Assembly: GCA_965218585.1 (NCBI GenBank)
Contig: CBDCLE010000024.1
Span: 96,001 to 160,000 of the forward strand
DNA from: Terriglobia bacterium
GTDB lineage: Bacteria > Acidobacteriota > Terriglobia > 20CM-2-55-15
Direction of reading: 5' to 3'
DNA length: 64,000 nt
The notes under the pieces are model-generated. The model was not told where the DNA came from and ran no database searches. It saw only the letters and a program-made list of their open reading frames with translations. Numbering within the stretch: the stretch's first letter is position 1; each line of letters begins with the position of its first letter. A program made the translations under genes and the position numbers. This document shows, piece after piece, positions 9,276 to 20,693 of the stretch.

Positions 9276-11646
9276 CCTTCTCGGCGTCTGCCTGTGTCTG
9301 AGCCCGCCAGATCGCGTGCAAAGCCTGTTTCGCCTTCGCCTGGGCCGACTTCGGGAGCCCGTTCAGTACGTTCATGGTCTTGTGCATCCAGCAACGTTGG
9401 TGACGTGTCTCGGGATAGATTTCCTCCAGTGCGGCCCAGAATCCCATCGCACCGTCTCCGATGGCCAACTTCGGGATATTCATCCCACGCGACTTCAGCT
9501 TTAACAAGACCTCGCGCCAACTCTGTGTCGATTCCCGGACACCGTCTTCGATTGCCAGAAAACGTTTCTCTCCGCGTTGATTCGCGCCGATCACCACCAG
9601 TGCGCACAACTTGGTTTCTTCGGCCCGCAGTCCGCTGTAGATACCGTCGGCCCAGACATAGACCCAGCGATCGGCATCCAATCGCTCCTCGCATCCCCGG
9701 CGGTACTGCTCGGCCCAGACCTGTTTCAACCGCGATACCGTGCTCGCCGACAGGCCCTGCGCCTGGGGTCCGACAAGAACTTTTAGAGCGTCACCCATCT
9801 CGCCGCTGGAGACGCCTTTCAAATACAACCACGGCACCGCTGCTTCCAGCGATTTCGTTTTCCGAATGTAGGGAGGTACCAGGGCCGACCGGAACGTTAC
9901 CGGGTCGCCAGTCTTCGCTCGGACTTTCGGGATCTGGACCGTTACCGGCCCCAAACCGGTCTGCAGTTCACGTTCAGGCAGATAACCGTTGCGCACCACC
10001 CCGGCGTTGCCCGTCTCGGTTCTCCGATCGCCGTGGTGGGATAGCAGTTCCGCCAATTCGGTTTCCACCGCGCGTTGGATCAGTTGCTGAGCTCCAAGAG
10101 GTCGTTCCAATCGGTGTGTAAAAAGAGAAGGCGGTGTACGCTTTCGGTGAATTCGAAACCGTAAGCAATCCCGGCAGCAATCGGGAGAAAGGTACACCAC
10201 CCATGAAGAAGAAGAACATACCGGCATCAGTGGCGTCAACGAACGCGTATGAAGGTTTGGAGGACTGGGCGCGATCCCGGGTCCAAGTCTGGCTACAGGA
10301 GCTGCTCGAGGACGAAGTCACTCAATTTCTGGGTCGGGAAAAGTCGGAGCGGAGTCCGAATCGACGAGGATACCGGAACGGTCACGGGAAACCGCGACGC
10401 TTCGCAATGATGAACGGTACGATGGAGGTTCGACGACCTCGGGTTCGAAACACCGCCGAGCGGTTCGAGAGTCAGATCCTGCCGTATTTTCGACGGAAAT
10501 CGAAACAGCTGGGCGAGCTACTTCCCGATCTCTACCTCCACGGTCTGGCCACAGGGGACTTCGAGCAGGCCATGCGCGGACTGCTTGGCGCTGGCGCTCC
10601 GTTGTCGCGAGCATCGATCCAACGACTGAAATCGACCTGGCAGTTGGAGTATGACGAGTGGGTCCAGCAGGACCTGTCCGGCCTCGAGGTCGTGTACCAG
10701 TGGGCAGACGGCTTGTACGTGAAAGCGGGGATCGCGAAAGAGCGAGCGGCATTGCTGGTGATCATCGGAGCCTTGTCAGACGGGCGCAAAGTGGTGTTGG
10801 CCTGTGAGAGCGGGCAGCGGAAAAACAAGGAGTCCTGGAGCCGCATTCTGCGCAATCTCCAGAGACGGGGCCTGAAGCTGGGACGGCTGACTGTCGCGGA
10901 CGGTCACCTGGGCATCTGGTCCGCGCTGGCCGAGCAACAGCCCCAGGGCCAGGAACAACGCTGCTGGAACCACAAGTCGATCAACGTGGTCGATCATCTG
11001 CCGAAGACCGAGCAGCCCGCGGCCAGACAGCTGCTTCATGGGATGGCCTTCGCGAACTCCCGCGCGGCCTGCGAACGAAAGCGGGATCAGTTCGTCCGCC
11101 GATATGAGAAGAACTATCCCAAAGCGGGTGAGACGCTGTTGCGGGACTGGGACCGGATGATTACTTTCTATGAGTTCCCGAAACAACACTGGGTGCATCT
11201 GAGAACAACCAACATCGTCGAGTCGCCCTTCGACATGGTTCGCCTCCGCACCAACGCCGCTCGCCGATTCAAGCGTGTCGAGAATGCAACGGCAATGATC
11301 TGGAAGCTACTACGTGTCGCTGAGAAGGCTTGGCGACACTTAAAAGGATCCGAACTCTTACAAGAGGTCTATGATGGTCAGCAATTCGCTGACGGCATCA
11401 GAGTCGTGATGAAATCGAAGGCCGCCGCCTGATGACTTTTACACACCTTTTGTAATGACCTCAGCTCCAACTCGTAGTAGCTCTGTTATCGGATCCTCAA
11501 TCGTCTCTCGACCCTCCGGTCCATTCACGTTACTCTTGCTCATAGTGGCGTATCTCCCTTGGTTGCTTTGAAGTCTGGTAAACAACAAATCAACCAGATA
11601 CGCCGCTCTTCCTCAATCCCTTAAACACCAGATTCGGTTATAACTC
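9276..11646 (-). mobile_element. IS256 type B, 3'-deleted and interrupted by IS256 type A
   Basis: Reverse-complement identity to 19308-20693; left IR ends at 11646. Confidence 0.9.
10098..11462 (+). mobile_element. IS256 type A (1365 bp), transposase 10134-11432
   Basis: Terminal IRs gaggtc...gacctc, 8-bp TSD agctccaa, Mutator-type DDE motifs (ADG, QRCWNHK, RTTNIVES). Confidence 0.95.
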
Positions 11647-11765
11647 CCTCTTCTCCATAACCTGCCCCAAGCACCTCGGACACTGACCCAACCGATCCTT
11701 CTTCCCCGCTCTGAACAGGGCGGATACAATCCGTGCTACAGCCAACGAAGGAGAGGGGGAAGACT

Positions 11766-11960
11766 ATGCGCAATGTAGCGATAGCAGCAATCGGCGTTTC
11801 GGTATTGGCCTTTTTGCTAGCTGTAATCTTCGGTCTGGTCGGTGGTGCACCGATGGGTGTTACTCCAGAGGGATTTTCGCGGACATGCTCGAATCTCGCA
11901 CTCATCGCCATTGCATTAGGTGTGTGGTTTAAAGAGAGCAGCGTGAACGCCTCTGAGTAA
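11766..11960 (+). CDS. Small membrane protein
   Basis: GGAGAGGGGG SD, two hydrophobic segments. Confidence 0.65.
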   Translation: MRNVAIAAIGVSVLAFLLAVIFGLVGGAPMGVTPEGFSRTCSNLALIAIALGVWFKESSVNASE

Positions 11961-11983
11961 AGCGCGGTATGCGGGGGTTTGAG

Positions 11984-12343
11984 CTACCTGTCTGGTGGTA
12001 ATACGCGACCCGTCCCCGGCACTTGGCCAGCAGTCTTGGCGGTGTCCTTGCCACTCTCAGCCAGGGCTTCGTTCTGCTTGCGAATTTCTTCCCTCAGGGC
12101 GTCCAGCTTGTCGTCAGTCATCTTCGCAAGGTCCCGCCGAAACATGTCTTTCCAACTATCCGCGCCGTCACCATCGAGGAACGCTTGCTCTACCTTGAGA
12201 CGTTCCTTCTGAAGTGTGACAAGTCGAGTCAAGCGATAGGCGATCACTAGGAGTGTTGCGGCTATTGGAATGGCGACGATCAGAATGACAATGGTGAGTG
12301 TGTCCACGGTGGATGGATTATCCACTGCGTTGTTGCTGGACAA
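11984..12343 (-). CDS. Hypothetical membrane-anchored protein
   Basis: N-terminal TM helix followed by a coiled region; start codon uncertain. Confidence 0.5.
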   Translation of the reverse strand: MSSNNAVDNPSTVDTLTIVILIVAIPIAATLLVIAYRLTRLVTLQKERLKVEQAFLDGDGADSWKDMFRRDLAKMTDDKLDALREEIRKQNEALAESGKDTAKTAGQVPGTGRVLPPDR

Positions 12344-12366
12344 GAAAGGAAAAGTGTCGGCTCGTG

Positions 12367-12570
12367 TCAGCGAGGTGGCTGCTCGCCGATCAGGCCCCTT
12401 TGCTCGGCTAATGTGGGATAGGTGCGCAGCAGCATGCGGATCAGGGCGCTTCGGCTGTCAAGGCCTCGTTCGGCGACCAGGGCTTCGAGCCTGGCAAAGT
12501 CGGCGGGTGACAACCAGCATTGGAGCAGCTTCGAGGCCTTGCGACTGTCGGGTTTTTTGGGACGGGCCAC
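12367..12570 (-). CDS. Small ribbon-helix-helix-like DNA-binding protein
   Basis: MARPKK...LSPADFARLEAL...SRSALIR; TATAAT 6 nt before the GTG start. Confidence 0.6.
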   Translation of the reverse strand: MARPKKPDSRKASKLLQCWLSPADFARLEALVAERGLDSRSALIRMLLRTYPTLAEQRGLIGEQPPR

Positions 12571-12703
12571 GTCGCTATTATACCTTTCATAGCGCTGTCA
12601 TGCCGGTAGTTCCCACGCTGGTTAGTTGCTGCGGTGAAAGGGAATATCTGGTTAAGACGACACTCTATCTAGGCCATTTGTAACGCTTGAGGGTGAGTAA
12701 GAC

Positions 12704-13393
12704 ATGGGTAAGCTTGGAGACGAAGCCCCTGGAGTCGATCAGGAGATGTTTGACAATGCGATTTTCGTTGTCAACCTCGTCTGGTTTACGGACACCGCGA
12801 AGAGCCCCCATCCTGAGTATCGGCTGTACCATGGCAAGAGTCCGTTATCTCTCCCGCCAAGTGAAGATGCCCATGTTCTAACGGCGCGTAAAGCTCTCAG
12901 GGTGTTAGTCAAGGCCGGTTGTGACGAGCAGCTGTTGCTCGCCGGAGTAGTCCTTATCGCCTGCCCTCACCGTTTATGGGATGAATGGAGAGCCGTCTTT
13001 GAACCTCCAGATCCCGACCGATTAGAACGTGATTTGAAGGAAGTATCGAAGACAGTACGTCGAGCCAATACCGCTCTGACGAATGCTGACATCCTTCACG
13101 GAGTCGAAGATCCTTTAGAGGGTTATTTCTACAAGCATTACAACCGTCTGTGGCGGACCATAGAAGAATACGCCGAACGGATTCCCCCGGTGCTTCGGGC
13201 GATAAAGAAATCCCGCCGAGCTAACTTCGAGCGAAACCAAGCCCTTCGCATGGTGGCCGATCACATCGAGAGCCTCACAGGTAAGCGTTATTGGAAAGAG
13301 TTGGCATCTCTTGCCGCAGCATTTGGCAGTGATGTGGATGTAGATGCCCTAAAACAGCTCTATCACGACAGCAAGCGGTTCTCTGCAGAGTAG
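12704..13393 (+). CDS. Hypothetical protein of the integrative element
   Basis: 229-aa ORF; no recognisable motif. Confidence 0.55.
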   Translation: MGKLGDEAPGVDQEMFDNAIFVVNLVWFTDTAKSPHPEYRLYHGKSPLSLPPSEDAHVLTARKALRVLVKAGCDEQLLLAGVVLIACPHRLWDEWRAVFEPPDPDRLERDLKEVSKTVRRANTALTNADILHGVEDPLEGYFYKHYNRLWRTIEEYAERIPPVLRAIKKSRRANFERNQALRMVADHIESLTGKRYWKELASLAAAFGSDVDVDALKQLYHDSKRFSAE

Positions 13394-13512
13394 TTGCACG
13401 CCTTCACTCCTTGTAAGAAGAAACCTCCAAGAAAACAGAACTGATCTTACTGCTACCTCAGCTCCGCATCTGTACGCTCGTGGTTGAACCTAAAGACGAC
13501 GAGAGACCTCAG

Positions 13513-13706
13513 ATGAATAAAACAACCGTGGCCTCCTCTCCACGATACGCAACCACCGACTTACCCCTCGCTGCATTCCTCAGCGCCCTGGGCCATCAAC
13601 TGATCGCAGTTCGCAGCGACCGTGGCCGGGGTGTCTTCGTGTTCGAGGACAGCCCTGAGCTTCAGGACGCCACACTGAACTGGAGCAACGACGAACCTGT
13701 GCGAAT
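13513..13706 (+). pseudogene. DUF5659-like small protein truncated by an IS
   Basis: YATTDLPLAAFL...GRGVFVFEDSPEL motif; interrupted at the TGT IS end near 13707. Confidence 0.55.
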
Positions 13707-15275
13707 TGTCCAACGTCAATCAGAATTCCTTCTCGCATTGACTCATTGAAAATGTTACCGAACTGAGGGTTGTTGCCTCATTAGAAATGTTACCCAACTC
13801 TATGAGAACGGAGGTGGGAAGTGAGGACACACATGACTGTTGCGGCAAGGCGAGAATTAGCTCTACGAACGGCGGTTCGCTACAAGAATGCGGCGCGACC
13901 GGAGAAGAAGCGAATCCTGGATGAGTTCCTTGAATCGACCGGGTTCCATCGGAAGCACGCGACACGGCTTCTGAACGACATTCTGAGGGGCGAACGGCCC
14001 CGACGGCAACCGCGCGGCCGGGTCCGTCGATACGGCCCCGCGGTGCAGGCCGCCCTGATCGCGGCCTGGCGCACAGTCAATGATGTCTGTGGCAAACGGC
14101 TCGTTCCGTTTCTGCCGGAGCTGATCCCGACCATGGAGCGTCACGGGCATCTGTCATTGTCTGATAAAACGCGGGCGGATCTGCTTGAGCTGAGCGCCGC
14201 CACGGCTGATCGGATCTTCCGTCAATTCCGATTCGATCATCGACCGCACGGCAAGACCACCACCAAGTCCGGACAGTTACTCAAACACCGCGTTCCGATT
14301 CGCACATTCGCCGACTGGGCGGACACGCGGCCGGGATTCATGGAAGCGGACTTGGTTGCACACTGCGGCGGGAACTCGGAAGGCCCTTTCCTCCACACCC
14401 TGGTACTGACCGACGTGGCGACCGGCTGGACCGAATGTCTGGCGTTGCTACGGCGTACGGAGGCGGACATTCTGCAGGCGCTCACGACGGCACGGCAGAT
14501 CCTTCCGTTTCAGCTTGTCGGCCTGGACACGGATAACGGTTCCGAGTTCATGAACTACGGACTCCTCGCCTACTGCGAGCGTGAAACGATTCAATTCACC
14601 CGAGGCCGGGCGCGCCGGAAGAACGACCAGTGCTTCGTCGAACAGAAGAACGGCTCGATCGTCCGCCAATTGGTCGGCTACGACCGCTACGAAGGCTCAC
14701 TGGCATACAGGCAGCTTGCCGAGCTCTACCGAGTGGTCCGGCTCTACGTGAACTTCTTCCAGCCGTCCATGAAGCTCACGACGAAGACTCGCGATGGATC
14801 CCGGGTGACGAAACGCTACGATATCGCGCAAACACCCTATCAACGGCTCTCGAATTCGGATGCGCTCGACCCGGAGGTTCGCGTTCGCCTTGCTGCGATT
14901 TATGAACGTTCGGATCCGGTCGATCTCCTACGACAGCTTGAGAAACTCCAGGATGCATTCTGGAGACATGCGAAGGAACTGGCCTCTCCCACGCTAACGG
15001 ACGACATCGTGCGCGCCGCCCTTGTGTCCCCGAACTGCGACGCAGATGCAGACCGAGCCCCGATTGAGGCGGAACTCCCCGATCCCGGCTTCGAGCAACG
15101 AATCACGCGTCGGTATCGCAAAACACGGAAACAACCTGTGCCCCACACCTGGCGTACTCGCCCGGACCCGTTCGACGGCGTCTGGGAGGAGATGCGGTCA
15201 TGGCTTGAATCCGATCCCGGGCGAACATCAAAGTCGCTGTTGCTTGAGCTTCAGCAGCGGCGCCCGGGGCGGTTC
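13707..15275 (+). mobile_element. DDE (rve integrase-core) transposase element, family uncertain, right end missing; ORF 13821-15359
   Basis: PGFMEADLVAHCG, TDVATGWTE, DTDNGSEF, KNDQCFVEQKN; TGT end with subterminal repeats at 13742-13764 and 13777-13799. Confidence 0.8.
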
Positions 15276-15553
15276 AGGCTTTTGGTTGCCCAACCAATGA
15301 CGCAGGTTACGCCCATGCCCTTGAACAGTGTGTTGGCAGTTCCTGCGCGGTCCACGTGACGAAGGGCGGAGCCTGCCAACTCGACAACGGCAAGTGGTCG
15401 AACTACGACGCTGTGGACTTCGATGATCGACTTTCGATCACCGTGTTCAAGGACGGTGGAGCTATCTTGCGTGGTCGGAATGCCAGTAATCGACAAACTA
15501 AGGAGGTTTGGGCCCACGATAAGGTGACGCGGTGGTCACGTTGGGAAGGCTAG

Positions 15554-17145
15554 ATGATGAACCATGCAGACGGGTTGCTTAAGGTAGCTGAAGTTGCCGA
15601 CCGAGGTCATTACAAAAGGTGTGTAAAAGTCATCAGGCGGCGGCCTTCGATTTCATCACGACTCTGATGCCGTCAGCGAATTGCTGACCATCATAGACCT
15701 CTTGTAAGAGTTCGGATCCTTTTAAGTGTCGCCAAGCCTTCTCAGCGACACGTAGTAGCTTCCAGATCATTGCCGTTGCATTCTCGACACGCTTGAATCG
15801 GCGAGCGGCGTTGGTGCGGAGGCGAACCATGTCGAAGGGCGACTCGACGATGTTGGTCGTTCTCAGATGCACCCAGTGTTGTTTCGGGAACTCATAGAAA
15901 GTAATCATCCGGTCCCAGTCCCGCAACAGCGTCTCACCCGCTTTGGGATAGTTCTTCTCATATCGGCGGACGAACTGATCCCGCTTTCGTTCGCAGGCCG
16001 CGCGGGAGTTCGCGAAGGCCATTCCATGAAGCAGCTGTCTGGCCGCGGGCTGCTCGGTCTTCGGCAGATGATCGACCACGTTGATCGACTTGTGGTTCCA
16101 GCAGCGTTGTTCCTGGCCCTGGGGCTGTTGCTCGGCCAGCGCGGACCAGATGCCCAGGTGACCGTCCGCGACAGTCAGCCGTCCCAGCTTCAGGCCCCGT
16201 CTCTGGAGATTGCGCAGAATGCGGCTCCAGGACTCCTTGCTTTCCCGCTGCCCGCTCTCACAGGCCAACAGCACTTTGCGCCCGTCTGACAAGGCTCCGA
16301 TGATCACCAGCAATGCCGCTCGCTCTTTCGCGATCCCCGCTTTCACGTACAAGCCGTCTGCCCACTGGTACACGACCTCGAGGCCGGACAGGTCCTGCTG
16401 GACCCACTCGTCATACTCCAACTGCCAGGTCGATTTCAGTCGTTGGATCGATGCTCGCGACAACGGAGCGCCAGCGCCAAGCAGTCCGCGCATGGCCTGC
16501 TCGAAGTCCCCTGTGGCCAGACCGTGGAGGTAGAGATCGGGAAGTAGCTCGCCCAGCTGTTTCGATTTCCGTCGAAAATACGGCAGGATCTGACTCTCGA
16601 ACCGCTCGGCGGTGTTTCGAACCCGAGGTCGTCGAACCTCCATCGTACCGTTCATCATTGCGAAGCGTCGCGGTTTCCCGTGACCGTTCCGGTATCCTCG
16701 TCGATTCGGACTCCGCTCCGACTTTTCCCGACCCAGAAACTGCGTGACTTCGTCCTCGAGCAGCTCCTGTAGCCAGACTTGGACCCGGGATCGCGCCCAG
16801 TCCTCCAAACCTTCATACGCGTTCGTTGACGCCACTGATGCCGGTATGTTCTTCTTCTTCATGGGTGGTGTACCTTTCTCCCGATTGCTGCCGGGATTGC
16901 TTAGGGTTTCGGATTCACCGAAAGCGTACACCGCCTTCTCTTTTTACACACCGATTGGAACGACCTCTGCCGACCGACTCCGCGTTCCAAGGAGCTGGGT
17001 CTACAGCCACGCAGATGACCTAGGGGCTTACCGACTGGGCAAGTATCTGCGTTTCTCGTGGACGCGAGTTATCGAGCGGCTCGAACAGGCGGATTCGTTG
17101 GGTTCGCAAACCAACGACCGATTGCAAGGCATTGATAATGAGTGA
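15554..17145 (+). pseudogene. Excisionase-like HTH_17 protein split by IS256
   Basis: Removing the IS and one TSD gives MMNHADGLLKVAEVADRLRVPRSWVY...AYRLGKYLRF... Confidence 0.85.
15603..16967 (-). mobile_element. IS256 type A, transposase 15633-16931
   Basis: 1365 bp, 8-bp TSD tgccgacc. Confidence 0.95.
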
Positions 17146-17283
17146 CTTCAAAAGCGTGGGGAACAATAAAGGAACAGTTTCCGCTCAAAGGAGTCGTGGC
17201 AGTGCCGACGTAACCGTGATGGTGAGCGTGTGTGTCGGGGATTATGACTTTGTGGTGCTAGATCGTGGCTGTAGGCTAGCCAG

Positions 17284-18102
17284 ATGGGGCAGTTCGAAAG
17301 ACCAAACCGATGGACCTACGCTAAAAAACGCACCAATAAGAAATACTCGCTCATGGAGGCTCTCGTGTCGGCGGGTATCTTTGGCATAGCCGCCTGGGGC
17401 GTATTGACGTTGTTCGGGCCTGATGACCTTCCTGAGATCCCTATAGGTGTCGCTACTGCCGTTGTCGGTTGCATCTTGACGTACATATTTCACTTGTTGG
17501 TGATCTTCGTGCGTGCGCCGCGTTTGATCGCGGAAGAAGCTGAAGGGTACTACCGGAACGAAACAGCTTTGTTGGATTCGGAGGTGCGGACTCTACAGCA
17601 GAAAGTAAGCGCCCTTGAAGCTGATATCCCAGTGGTTCTTCTCGAATGTCCGAGTGGATACTTGTCCCCTCAAGCCGAGCCTACACTCCGGACAACAAAG
17701 GGAAGTGTCTTAAACGTGCAGATACGGGATATATCAATTCCGAAGGAAGGCTGCAAGCTGATGTTTGAGAAGGTCCTGGAGGTGAATGAGACCGCGGTCT
17801 CCATCGATGTTTATCTGTATTCTGAAACTTCCTCCTCTGCCGAAAAAGTGCGCTCAATAGAGGCTGCGATCAAGGCGCTGATTGAAGACAAGGACGATTT
17901 TGACTTCATCGAATTGATGGCCATCATCGACTACGACGTTCCAGGTTTTGATACCAAGGTTATGACTGAACTCGGCTTGAAATTCACACGTATCGGAAGC
18001 AGCCTGAAAGCCGATGTCGAGTGGCAACAGACGAAACCCTTGGTGTGGCTCGAAGAGTTCGTACAGCCAGCACAGCAGCCTCCACCTGACCAGAAAGCGT
18101 GA
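17284..18102 (+). CDS. Hypothetical membrane protein (2 TM + coiled coil + soluble domain)
   Basis: 272-aa ORF with two hydrophobic helices. Confidence 0.65.
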   Translation: MGQFERPNRWTYAKKRTNKKYSLMEALVSAGIFGIAAWGVLTLFGPDDLPEIPIGVATAVVGCILTYIFHLLVIFVRAPRLIAEEAEGYYRNETALLDSEVRTLQQKVSALEADIPVVLLECPSGYLSPQAEPTLRTTKGSVLNVQIRDISIPKEGCKLMFEKVLEVNETAVSIDVYLYSETSSSAEKVRSIEAAIKALIEDKDDFDFIELMAIIDYDVPGFDTKVMTELGLKFTRIGSSLKADVEWQQTKPLVWLEEFVQPAQQPPPDQKA

Positions 18103-18145
18103 AAACCAGTTGTCCCTAGCTGTTAACGTATATACAATAATGCTG

Positions 18146-18346
18146 ATGGCACGACCTCCTAAACCAGAGCATCTGAGACGAAGCAAGATGCTGCCAATCC
18201 GCTTCACAGTGGCCGAGTATCAGGCGCTGGAAAGTGGAGCGAAGCGGCTCGACGTTACCGTGTCGGATGTTTTGCGTGAAGGGGCTGTGCTGTTCATGAA
18301 GACGAAAAGCAAAGGCGGGTCACGAAAAAAGGAGAAAAGCTTATGA
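18146..18346 (+). CDS. Small RHH/MobC-like DNA-binding protein coupled to the integrase
   Basis: MARPPKP...IRFTVAEYQALE...TVSDVLR; ATGA overlap with the integrase start; TTGTCC-17-TACAAT promoter. Confidence 0.65.
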   Translation: MARPPKPEHLRRSKMLPIRFTVAEYQALESGAKRLDVTVSDVLREGAVLFMKTKSKGGSRKKEKSL

Positions 18347-19307
18347 CCCGTCAATCTGACCAAAAAGGTTGGGTGTCGGATGCCATCCGAACGAAGCGTG
18401 GCGTTGCTTACAAGATTCGCTGGCGCATTCGGGCGGCTGAAGGCAAGTGGAAGCATAAATCCGAGACACTTTACGGCTTGTCTGGAAAGAAGGAAGCCCG
18501 TAGGGAACTGCGAAAGCGCCTCGACGATTCATCGCCGGGGACGCCCCTTTCTGAGATCGCCCTGCGGGAATTCATGGATGAGCAATGGCGGCCTTACCTC
18601 GACAGAAAGAGAATGAAGGCCTCGACGATTCACGGCTACGAATGCATCCTCAACAAACACATCTTGCCCGTGCTTGGAGATCATCAACTTCAACAGATAT
18701 CGCCAGTGCACGTTGAGGAGTTCGTCCAATCAGTCGAGGCTGGGATGTCCCCACGGACCCTGAGAAACGTTCTGATGGTGTTATCTGGAATGTTCTCTCT
18801 AGCGGTAGATAAGGATCTGATCCAGAGGTCGCCGATTCGCGACAGTCACAAGCCTGACGTTCCAGAGTTTGAGAAGGAAGCTTGGACCGCCGAGCAGGTG
18901 AAGACGATCATCGACAACGTTCCTGAGAACTATCGAACCCTGTTCGTGACCGTTGCCTTTTCAGGTGTAAGGCTGGGTGAGTTACTGGCTCTACAGTGGC
19001 GTCACGTTAACTTTGAAGAACGGACGCTTCAGATTGATCAGAGCTTGTGGCACGGCCAGATTGTTCCACCAAAAACTCGGGAAAGTAAGAGGACGATTCC
19101 GTTTGGTGATGCTCTCGCGTCAAGTCTGAACGGACACCTAAGGAACTCTGCGTTCATCGGTCAACAGGACTTTGTTTTCTGCAAGGCAGACGGTTCAACA
19201 CTGAATCCCGATGTGCTGCGGAAGGACGTTCTGTATCCGACACTGGATCGGGCCGGTATTAGGCGTAGTTCTCGTGCTTCTGGATTTCATGCTTTCAGAC
19301 ACTCAGC
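18343..19307 (+). pseudogene. Tyrosine recombinase/phage-type integrase, C-terminus removed by IS256
   Basis: SAM-like domain, SGVRLGELLALQW, PKT, FHAFRHSA then the IS; catalytic Tyr region absent. Confidence 0.9.
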
Positions 19308-20693
19308 GAGTTATAACCGAATCTGGTGTTTAAGGGATTGAGGAAGAGCGGCGTATCTGGTTGATTTGTTGTTTACCAGACTTCAAAGCAACCAAGGGAG
19401 ATACGCCACTATGAGCAAGAGTAACGTGAATGGACCGGAGGGTCGAGAGACGATTGAGGATCCGATAACAGAGCTACTACGAGTTGGAGCTCAGCAACTG
19501 ATCCAACGCGCGGTGGAAACCGAATTGGCGGAACTGCTATCCCACCACGGCGATCGGAGAACCGAGACGGGCAACGCCGGGGTGGTGCGCAACGGTTATC
19601 TGCCTGAACGTGAACTGCAGACCGGTTTGGGGCCGGTAACGGTCCAGATCCCGAAAGTCCGAGCGAAGACTGGCGACCCGGTAACGTTCCGGTCGGCCCT
19701 GGTACCTCCCTACATTCGGAAAACGAAATCGCTGGAAGCAGCGGTGCCGTGGTTGTATTTGAAAGGCGTCTCCAGCGGCGAGATGGGTGACGCTCTAAAA
19801 GTTCTTGTCGGACCCCAGGCGCAGGGCCTGTCGGCGAGCACGGTATCGCGGTTGAAACAGGTCTGGGCCGAGCAGTACCGCCGGGGATGCGAGGAGCGAT
19901 TGGATGCCGATCGCTGGGTCTATGTCTGGGCCGACGGTATCTACAGCGGACTGCGGGCCGAAGAAACCAAGTTGTGCGCACTGGTGGTGATCGGCGCGAA
20001 TCAACGCGGAGAGAAACGTTTTCTGGCAATCGAAGACGGTGTCCGGGAATCGACACAGAGTTGGCGCGAGGTCTTGTTAAAGCTGAAGTCGCGTGGGATG
20101 AATATCCCGAAGTTGGCCATCGGAGACGGTGCGATGGGATTCTGGGCCGCACTGGAGGAAATCTATCCCGAGACACGTCACCAACGTTGCTGGATGCACA
20201 AGACCATGAACGTACTGAACGGGCTCCCGAAGTCGGCCCAGGCGAAGGCGAAACAGGCTTTGCACGCGATCTGGCGGGCTCAGACACAGGCAGACGCCGA
20301 GAAGGCATTCGATCTGTTCATTGAAACCTATGAGCCGAAGTATCCGAAAGCCACTCGCTGCCTCCAGAAAGACAAAGAAGAACTGCTGGCCTTCTTCAAC
20401 TTCCCGGCCAAGCACTGGCAGAGCATCCGAACGACCAATCCCATTGAGTCGACCTTTGCTACCATTCGCCACCGAACCAAGCGATCCAGGGGTTGCCTGA
20501 CGCGGGTTGGCATGCTGCACATGATGTTCAAACTGGGACAGTGCGCTCAGAAGAACTGGCGACGATTACGAGGATTCGATGATCTGCCCAAGGTGATTAC
20601 TGGAGTGAAATTCAACGATGGAATCGAAGTGACCCACGTCGATCAGGCCGCCGCTTGAGTCAATCGGCAAAACACCACTTTTGACAATAACTC
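19308..20693 (+). mobile_element. IS256 type B, transposase 19411-20658
   Basis: IRs gagttat...ataactc; WADG, GDG, QRCWMHK, RTTNPIES; no TSD. Confidence 0.95.

Noticed and set aside
17195-17270. Similarity to 12270-12345 suggesting a remnant paralogue of the 11984 gene
   Set aside because: Only short patches match by eye; could be chance.
18343-19307. This integrase as the recombinase for the 34-bp sites
   Set aside because: It is phage-type with xis, truncated, and has no 34-bp site nearby; not excluded but unsupported.
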